Origin: Candidatus Heimdallarchaeota archaeon
Lineage (GTDB): Archaea; Asgardarchaeota; Heimdallarchaeia; JABLTI01
DNA: 32,000 nucleotides
Assembly: GCA_030614005.1 (NCBI GenBank)
Contig: JAUWKS010000015.1
Span: 27,944 to 59,943, forward strand
Reading direction: 5' to 3'
The notes beneath the pieces were generated by a model that saw nothing but the letters and a program-made list of their open reading frames with translations, was not told the DNA's origin and ran no database searches. The position numbers and the translations under genes were made by a program. This document shows, one piece after another, positions 26,026 through 32,000 of the stretch. How positions within the stretch are numbered: the stretch's first letter is position 1; each line of letters begins with the position of its first letter.

Positions 26026-26661
26026 TTATTCGAGTCTTTCCTTATTTTTTTCATCAATATATTTACCTAATTTAATAATTTCTGGGTCTTCAAATATTTT
26101 TGAATATCCAGGTCCTAGTTCTCCATAATATTTAGATTTCCTAGTGATTATTTCTTCTGTTTTTAGTTTATGAAAAACAATTTGTGCGATTCTCAATCCA
26201 GGATATAAATAAACTGGAATTTCTCCGATGTTTGCAATTTCAAATGTTAAATTCCCAGTATAACCGGGATGTACATGTGTTGCAGTAGCATGAATTACAA
26301 TTCCTAATCGCCCCCATGAAGATCTACCACTCAAATATCCCATTAGATCATACGGCAATCTTAGATATTCCAACGTTGAAGATAATATGAAACTACCAGG
26401 ATGCATAACAAGATAATCCCCAATATCGAGCCTAAAGATTTCTTGAGAATTTCTTGCTATTTCTTTATCATCTTTGCTAACTACATCAATCTTTGATGAT
26501 TGTATCATTTTTGAAGGCATAAAAATAAATCCCAATCTGAGATCTACAGAACCCTTATCAATCTGTTTTTCTTCATCCAATAAAGGCATAATATACAGTC
26601 TTTTCATTGGTTTTGGATGTCTTAGATAATCGTGAATATCTTTTGAAGATAGTATAACCAT
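26026..26661 (-). CDS. dcd: dCTP deaminase (trimeric dUTPase fold)
   Basis: GSVDLRLG, PGSFILSSTLE, GRSSWGRLG, HPGYTGNLTFE, RIAQIVF. Confidence 0.92.
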   Translation of the reverse strand: MVILSSKDIHDYLRHPKPMKRLYIMPLLDEEKQIDKGSVDLRLGFIFMPSKMIQSSKIDVVSKDDKEIARNSQEIFRLDIGDYLVMHPGSFILSSTLEYLRLPYDLMGYLSGRSSWGRLGIVIHATATHVHPGYTGNLTFEIANIGEIPVYLYPGLRIAQIVFHKLKTEEIITRKSKYYGELGPGYSKIFEDPEIIKLGKYIDEKNKERLE

Positions 26662-26673
26662 TTTCTGTGTCCC

Positions 26674-28083
26674 CTATTTTTCCTTTAAGAAATTGAGCTC
26701 ATAACGAAGATAACTTAGTTCAATAGAATTCGAAATATATTTATTTATATAAGTAAATACCTCTTCATCATTTGCAATGAAAGTTTCATTACTTATTAGT
26801 TCTTTAATTGAATCTAATTTGTTTCTGTATAAATACCATCCAAAATTTAGAATCTCAATGAAATTAAAATTCCTAAAATTAGGAGTATGTTTTGGTTCAT
26901 AAACCTCACTAATTGGTACAGAGATATCGAATTGCTCCTCTAATTCACTAATTTTTGATTTCAAGTAATTTAAGTCTACACTTTGGTTATCAGTTTTTTC
27001 TTCTACAACTTCGATGATTTTTTCTTTTAGATTATTTAGAATAAATAGTAATGTTTCCTGAGTTATAAAATCTTCAATATTGGTTTTTTCGGTTGTATTT
27101 TTTAGTTCTTTAGTTAGATTAGATACGTGCTCATTAATTATATGATTTATTTCATCGTCAACAAAAATTTGATATTTATTAGAATTTCGCTTTATTATTT
27201 CATTTAGAAAATAAAAGCGCAGACAATTTGGTGGATGTGTACTTTGGAATGGTCCAGAAATATCATCAGTTGAAAAAATCCAAATAAACGAATATAAAAA
27301 TGAGAATCCAAATATTCTTAGTGCAAAAATATCTGAAACTATTTCATTTACCCATTTGTGAATTTTAAATTTGAGTTTGTTTATAATTGGATCAGGATAT
27401 TTTGATAAAATCTTTGAAAAATCAGTTGTAAAAATTTGATCATGAATATTTTGATTTTTATAGAAATAATGCCCAAGCTCATGACCATATAAAGAATGAA
27501 TTAGTGGCATTTCCTTAAGTGTATAAGGAAAAGATAAAACTATTGATTCAATAGTGAATTTATTAAGGAATGATTCTATATTTTCGAAATGATCAGGAAG
27601 AAAATTTTTCAGATCTGAGAGTATATATCTTATTGAATAATTTATTTGCCATTTTGCTTGAAAGACTAAATTATATTCAAAATCATTTTTTGTTGAAACT
27701 TTATTAAATAAATCTTTTAAAGGATATAAAAATTCAAAAGGAATATCCTTTTTATTTGCATTTGATATTATTTCCAAAAGAGTATAGCTTACATTCTGAA
27801 CAATCGTATGTCTCTGTATCTTTGAAAAATTAGCATCAAAAAAAATCTTATCGTTAAAAATTTCTTTCTTTTGTTCATATAGATTTTGTAATTCTTCTTC
27901 CAAAATTTCGAGTTGCTTATTCATCAGAATTATTAAATCAATAAGATAATTCAGTAAATATCTTATACCTTTATAGTTGCTAAATGTATTTTTGTGTTTT
28001 TCAATCCAATCCATTAGTGCTTTATAATAAATCTTAATATATGAAATAGCATTTTTAATTCTAGTATAAAATGGATTATCCAT
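26674..28083 (-). CDS. Hypothetical HExxH protein (putative gluzincin-type metallopeptidase)
   Basis: YGHELGHYF, downstream EIVSDIFAL (third ligand position) and THPP; 469 aa. Confidence 0.65.
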   Translation of the reverse strand: MDNPFYTRIKNAISYIKIYYKALMDWIEKHKNTFSNYKGIRYLLNYLIDLIILMNKQLEILEEELQNLYEQKKEIFNDKIFFDANFSKIQRHTIVQNVSYTLLEIISNANKKDIPFEFLYPLKDLFNKVSTKNDFEYNLVFQAKWQINYSIRYILSDLKNFLPDHFENIESFLNKFTIESIVLSFPYTLKEMPLIHSLYGHELGHYFYKNQNIHDQIFTTDFSKILSKYPDPIINKLKFKIHKWVNEIVSDIFALRIFGFSFLYSFIWIFSTDDISGPFQSTHPPNCLRFYFLNEIIKRNSNKYQIFVDDEINHIINEHVSNLTKELKNTTEKTNIEDFITQETLLFILNNLKEKIIEVVEEKTDNQSVDLNYLKSKISELEEQFDISVPISEVYEPKHTPNFRNFNFIEILNFGWYLYRNKLDSIKELISNETFIANDEEVFTYINKYISNSIELSYLRYELNFLKEK

Positions 28084-28090
28084 TATTTAG

Positions 28091-28558
28091 TCAATTCCGT
28101 ATTGGTATTGGAGATTTATAAGATTCTTCGATATTTTCAATTGATGATTTCAAAGTGCTTTTACTAAGTAAAGAGACTTTTTCTCTAAGAGAATTTAGAT
28201 TATCTTTCGAAATGGTTTCTTTATTACTTTTTAACATTTTTAATTCAATTAAAATTTCTTCAAGAAAATGATATGAGGCTTCCAATTTCACAATATAATC
28301 ATTTTTAGTGTCAACTTCAGCTGGAAATATTTCTTCAATTCTAAGAAAACTTTTCGATTTTAGAGATGTAGAATCAGGCCTTTTATCAAGTAGAATGATT
28401 TCGATTTTTGAAATAGAATTATCTAAAATTAAATAATCTTTTTTCGATAAACTCAGATTCATATATATTTTTGTTAGCGTAATAGCTAAATCATCGAATA
28501 AAAAACCAATGTTTACTAATTTTCCAACAGTCCCTAATGAATAAAAATCAGATGTCAA
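28091..28558 (-). CDS. Hypothetical helical protein, first gene of the dcd operon
   Basis: 155-aa ORF with a TTG start and GGTGGA upstream; ends 7 nt before the next gene. Confidence 0.65.
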   Translation of the reverse strand: MTSDFYSLGTVGKLVNIGFLFDDLAITLTKIYMNLSLSKKDYLILDNSISKIEIILLDKRPDSTSLKSKSFLRIEEIFPAEVDTKNDYIVKLEASYHFLEEILIELKMLKSNKETISKDNLNSLREKVSLLSKSTLKSSIENIEESYKSPIPIRN

Positions 28559-28954
28559 TAGCTCAGTCCACCATACATTTTTTCAATCGCTTTTTTATTA
28601 AATATCTTTGTTTATATATATATATTTTGAGAACGGAAACGTCTCAATATATATTTCGTCTTATTTCTTATAAATACCTATAAATGATTCTTTATTATAA
28701 ATAAGTAATGATTAGGGATTTAATCTACCAATATTATTTTATATTGATTTAATTTTGTAAAAATTCATATTCCCAACTATATTTTATTCTATGCTTTTCT
28801 TTTTCACGATTATTTAGACATTTAATTTGAATTTTTACTAATTGTGCTCTAATATTAATACTACGCAATTCCTTTTCTAGATCTAAATGAAATTCTTCAC
28901 CACTAACGATTGGTTTTATTTTATCAATTACAGGATTCCGACCAATAATATGAT

Positions 28955-29294
28955 ATGTAATTTCTGGTTTTATCGAAATTCCTTTTCCTGAACTCTTTAT
29001 TAATAGAATAAATGGTTTACAATTAAGAGTTGATAACTTAATTGAGTATTTACAGAATGAGAATATAGAAATTATGAAATTTCAATTGGAGAATCTGATG
29101 AAGATTTTAAAGAAATTTCTCTTTCAATTAAGTTAGAGCAACATGAAAAGAGAATTGATTCAATAAACAATCGTTTAGATTTAATCCAAAGAAATAACGG
29201 AATTACGATGATAATTATCTCAACAACGTCATCATTAATTTCTACTTTTTTTGCTATACTTCATATTTTAGTCATCAAATTAAATATAATTTAA
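28955..29294 (+). pseudogene. Possible frameshifted remnant of a coiled-coil protein with a C-terminal membrane anchor
   Basis: Two overlapping open frames (...FIEIPFPELFINRINGLQLRVDNLIEY... and ...LEQHEKRIDSINNRLDLIQRNNGITMIIISTTSSLISTFFAILHILV...) with no proper start. Confidence 0.25.
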
Positions 29295-29522
29295 TATCTA
29301 TAAAATCATTTTATCACTTATTTTTTTCCTATTAATTAAAATCAATTTATAACCCAAACTAAATGATCTCTAATTTGCTTGCTAAATTACGCATTTCATT
29401 ATAGGTCTAATTTTAATTAAAGGACTAATGATGGAAATATTGTTTACTAACGATCTTGTTCAATTATCTATTATATAACGTAAAATGTGTTTAGTTGTCA
29501 GAGGAATTTAAATAATATAAGC

Positions 29523-29558
29523 TAGATTAGTGTAACTCATAAACACTATTGATTTCAC
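29523..29558 (+). repeat. Right copy of the 35/36-bp direct repeat
   Basis: TAGATTAGTGTAACTCATAAACACTATTGATTTCAC, immediately before the GGGTGA ribosome-binding site of the ABC gene. Confidence 0.8.
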
Positions 29559-29571
29559 TGGGTGAATTACT

Positions 29572-30249
29572 TTGGGTAAAACGATTTTACAAACTACTGA
29601 TTTGATTAAAATTTTCGCCGAAGGAACTCCATTAGAGGTTCACGCATTACGTGGTGTTAATTTGGCAATAGGGCAGGGTGAAATTGTAGCTATTATGGGT
29701 CCATCTGGATGTGGAAAAACTACTTTGCTAAATATGATTGGTGGTTTAGATAAACCTACTTCTGGCAGGGTAATTATCAATAATCAAGAAATCACTGATT
29801 ATTCAGATAAAGATATCACCGATTTTAGAAAGAAGAACCTTAGTTTTATTTTCCAATTCTTCAATCTTTTCGAAGTTTTAACCGCAGTTGAGAATGTTTC
29901 TTTGCCCCTTCTACTTAGAGGAGAACCAACCGCTGAGGCCCAAGAAAAAGCCAAAGTTATTTTACGAGAAGTAGGAATTGGCAGTCGATTGTATAATAGA
30001 CCTAATGAAATGTCAGGTGGTCAGCGCCAAAGAGTAGCTATTGCTCGTTCACTAATCACCAATCCCAAAATCGTTTTGGCTGATGAACCAACTGGTGATT
30101 TGTCCAGCGTAATATCTAAAGATATTATGAAACTGTTTAGAAGATTAAATGAAGATCTTGGTCAAACATTTGTTCTAGTTACTCATTCTGAATTAATCGG
30201 TTCTCTTTGTGATAGAATCATAAAGATGCATGATGGGTTAATTATTTGA
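29572..30249 (+). CDS. ABC transporter ATP-binding protein (LolD/MacB-like)
   Basis: GPSGCGKT, MSGGQRQRVAIARSL, LADEPTG, LVTH. Confidence 0.95.
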   Translation: MGKTILQTTDLIKIFAEGTPLEVHALRGVNLAIGQGEIVAIMGPSGCGKTTLLNMIGGLDKPTSGRVIINNQEITDYSDKDITDFRKKNLSFIFQFFNLFEVLTAVENVSLPLLLRGEPTAEAQEKAKVILREVGIGSRLYNRPNEMSGGQRQRVAIARSLITNPKIVLADEPTGDLSSVISKDIMKLFRRLNEDLGQTFVLVTHSELIGSLCDRIIKMHDGLII

Positions 30250-30326
30250 TGTACGAACATGATTTTTTCTTTCAAACCATCTGAAAATGAGAAACAATTT
30301 TAAGTTTTAAAATTGAAGTAGAAGGT

Positions 30327-31847
30327 ATGTCAGATATTGAAAAAGGTTCTGAAGAAGCAGAACTCGAATTGGAACTTGCTCCAAAAGATGATTCTATCGT
30401 CCTTGAAACGAAAACATCTTTTTGGAATGTTTTCAAATGGTCAATGTATGACCTAGCAAATACCATTTATTCTATGGTTATTGTTTCACTCATTATTAAC
30501 CAATATGTGTTGGTTATTGGCCAGGCCGATTTTGGTTTAAGTTACACAAGAGCTGATGCTGTTTTTAACATCGTTGTTGCTGTAATGCAAATCATAGTTG
30601 CAATTGGAATGCCTATTATGGGTGCTTTAAGTGATACTGCTGGCAAACGTAAACCATTTGTTCTTGTTTTAACAGGAATTATCTTGCTATTTGGCAGTCT
30701 TTTAGGTTTAAAACTTGGTGATGGAACCCATAGTTTGACAATGGTTCTAATATTTTATGTTATTGCCAACATTGCTTATCAATGGAGCTTAGCTTTTTAT
30801 GATGCAATGTTACCATTTATTGCTAGTCCAAAAGATGCCGGAAAAGTTGGTGGTTTTGGAGTAGCTTTTGGTTATTTTGGAACCTTAATTGGTATGGCAG
30901 TTATGATGGTTCTTGCAATATTTTGGGGTGGTACACCAAATAGTGACTCTGCAGAAGGTGTCTTGAAACTTGGTTATGTAGATAATCCTTGGACTTTTGT
31001 GATTACTATGGGATTGTTTGCTCTTTGTGCTTTGCCATTTATCTTTGTAAATGAACGTCAGAAAAAAGGGAAAACACCTCCAATAAAAGATGTCATTCTT
31101 GGGTCTTTTAGACAAGTTGGTAGTACATTCAAAGATATTCGTAAACATAAAGAGATGCTCAAATTCATCATTGGTTATTTCCTTGTTGTTGATGTTGCAA
31201 ATATAATTATTGCAAAAATGTTTCTCATAGTTAAAGATGGGTTGAAGATAACAGACACTGTTACAAATATGAACCTTGATTTTGCTATGATCTTTATTAT
31301 TATATCAACAGTTTCAGCAGTTGCCTTAACCTATTTCGTAGGAATGATTGCAGATAAATGGGGTGGAAAAGTTGCTTTTTATGTTGTCGGCAGCTTATGG
31401 GGCATTGCAATACTCCTCGGTGTTTTCTTGATCTTCTTTGCTGCACCAATCTCTGTTGGAGGAAATATTGCTTTTGTATTCGTTTTGGTAATGGGCATAA
31501 TTGCTGGACCAGCTTTAGGTGGTACTTGGGTTGCCCAAAGAGCAATGATTGTTGAACTTGCTCCTAAAGAAAAATTTGGAGAGTACTTTGGTTTTTCAAA
31601 ACTAAGTGGTAAACTTTCTTCCGCTTTAGGACCATTATTATGGACTGCTGTTTTTCTTCTCTATGAAGCATTAGCTACACGATTCTTTGGGGAAAATAAT
31701 TATTATCTTTTCAAAGCTTATGGTTATGCAATGTTAGTTGCTGGAATAGTCATGGCAATTGGACTGGTAATTATTAGCTTCGTAAAACCTTCTCGAAAGC
31801 TATTATCTGAGGAACAACCACTCGAAGAAAGTGAGCCAGCAAAATAA
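30327..31847 (+). CDS. MFS transporter (UMF1/Atg22-like)
   Basis: About 12 TM helices; WSMYDLANT, GALSDTAGKRK, FYDAML, GMIADKWGGK, GEYFGFS. Confidence 0.9.
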   Translation: MSDIEKGSEEAELELELAPKDDSIVLETKTSFWNVFKWSMYDLANTIYSMVIVSLIINQYVLVIGQADFGLSYTRADAVFNIVVAVMQIIVAIGMPIMGALSDTAGKRKPFVLVLTGIILLFGSLLGLKLGDGTHSLTMVLIFYVIANIAYQWSLAFYDAMLPFIASPKDAGKVGGFGVAFGYFGTLIGMAVMMVLAIFWGGTPNSDSAEGVLKLGYVDNPWTFVITMGLFALCALPFIFVNERQKKGKTPPIKDVILGSFRQVGSTFKDIRKHKEMLKFIIGYFLVVDVANIIIAKMFLIVKDGLKITDTVTNMNLDFAMIFIIISTVSAVALTYFVGMIADKWGGKVAFYVVGSLWGIAILLGVFLIFFAAPISVGGNIAFVFVLVMGIIAGPALGGTWVAQRAMIVELAPKEKFGEYFGFSKLSGKLSSALGPLLWTAVFLLYEALATRFFGENNYYLFKAYGYAMLVAGIVMAIGLVIISFVKPSRKLLSEEQPLEESEPAK

Positions 31848-31953
31848 ACTGATATTCAATGAAATTTCCTTTTGGAAATTTCCATTCTTATTTTTTCTAA
31901 GAGAAAGATTTTTACTTGTTTTAATTAAATTACAATAAAGGTGTATAAAGAAA

Positions 31954-32000
31954 ATGTCAGAGAACAAACTAGTTTCAAAAGGACCTGTTCTTGATCGTAT
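31954..32000 (+). CDS. Start of a gene truncated by the window edge (MSENKLVSKGPVLDR...)
   Basis: ATG at 31954 with AAGGTG upstream; frame stays open to the end of the window. Confidence 0.35.
   Translation, partial: MSENKLVSKGPVLDR

Noticed and set aside
351-31555. Short antisense or alternate-frame ORFs in the track (e.g. 351-542, 383-610, 2652-2840, 3893-4165, 5272-5466, 6310-6636, 7663-7893, 9523-9774, 12547-12753, 14792-15031, 19765-20013, 25005-25340, 25782-26057, 30272-30466, 30885-31555)
   Set aside because: They overlap longer motif-bearing genes or tRNA sequences, have no recognisable motifs, and look like shadow ORFs
1-32000. CRISPR array or canonical cas operon accompanying the Cas1-like gene or TnpB
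   Set aside because: No series of regularly spaced repeats and no cas2/cas4/effector genes seen; the 35/36-bp repeat has only two copies, 3.6 kb apart

Overview
Low-GC archaeal DNA, most likely Asgard; this is inferred from the archaeal tRNAs, Cdc6/Orc1, JAMM protease, GGTGA-type ribosome-binding sites and a giant divergent Cas1. Probable housekeeping genes sit at the two ends: a JAMM/MPN protease on the left, and an ABC ATPase plus an MFS transporter on the right. Between them lies about 29 kb of accessory DNA organised around tRNA-Leu sequences: an orphan 5' half (680-716), a complete tRNA-Leu(UAG) (7494-7581) and an orphan, decayed 3' half (25820-25867). Block 1 (717-7493) has a TGT-like Zn-site protein with a membrane partner, a membrane protein, a 40-aa micro-ORF, a HEPN protein and an AbrB/TnpB unit with an omegaRNA-like pseudoknot. 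Block 2 (7582-25819) has a LAGLIDADG-XRE protein, a 1378-aa multidomain Cas1-like protein with an apparently intact E-H-D/E site, a DEAH helicase-DUF1998-metallophosphoesterase fusion, a type I R-M system with an M48 peptidase, and a Cdc6/Orc1-Schlafen(AlbA_2) fusion. Block 3 (25911-29558) is a three-gene operon ending in dCTP deaminase, flanked by a 35/36-bp direct repeat. I saw no CRISPR array, cas2, PolB or tyrosine/serine recombinase, so the Cas1-like protein is the only integrase candidate in the window. All domain calls come from motif recognition by eye, not from database searches.
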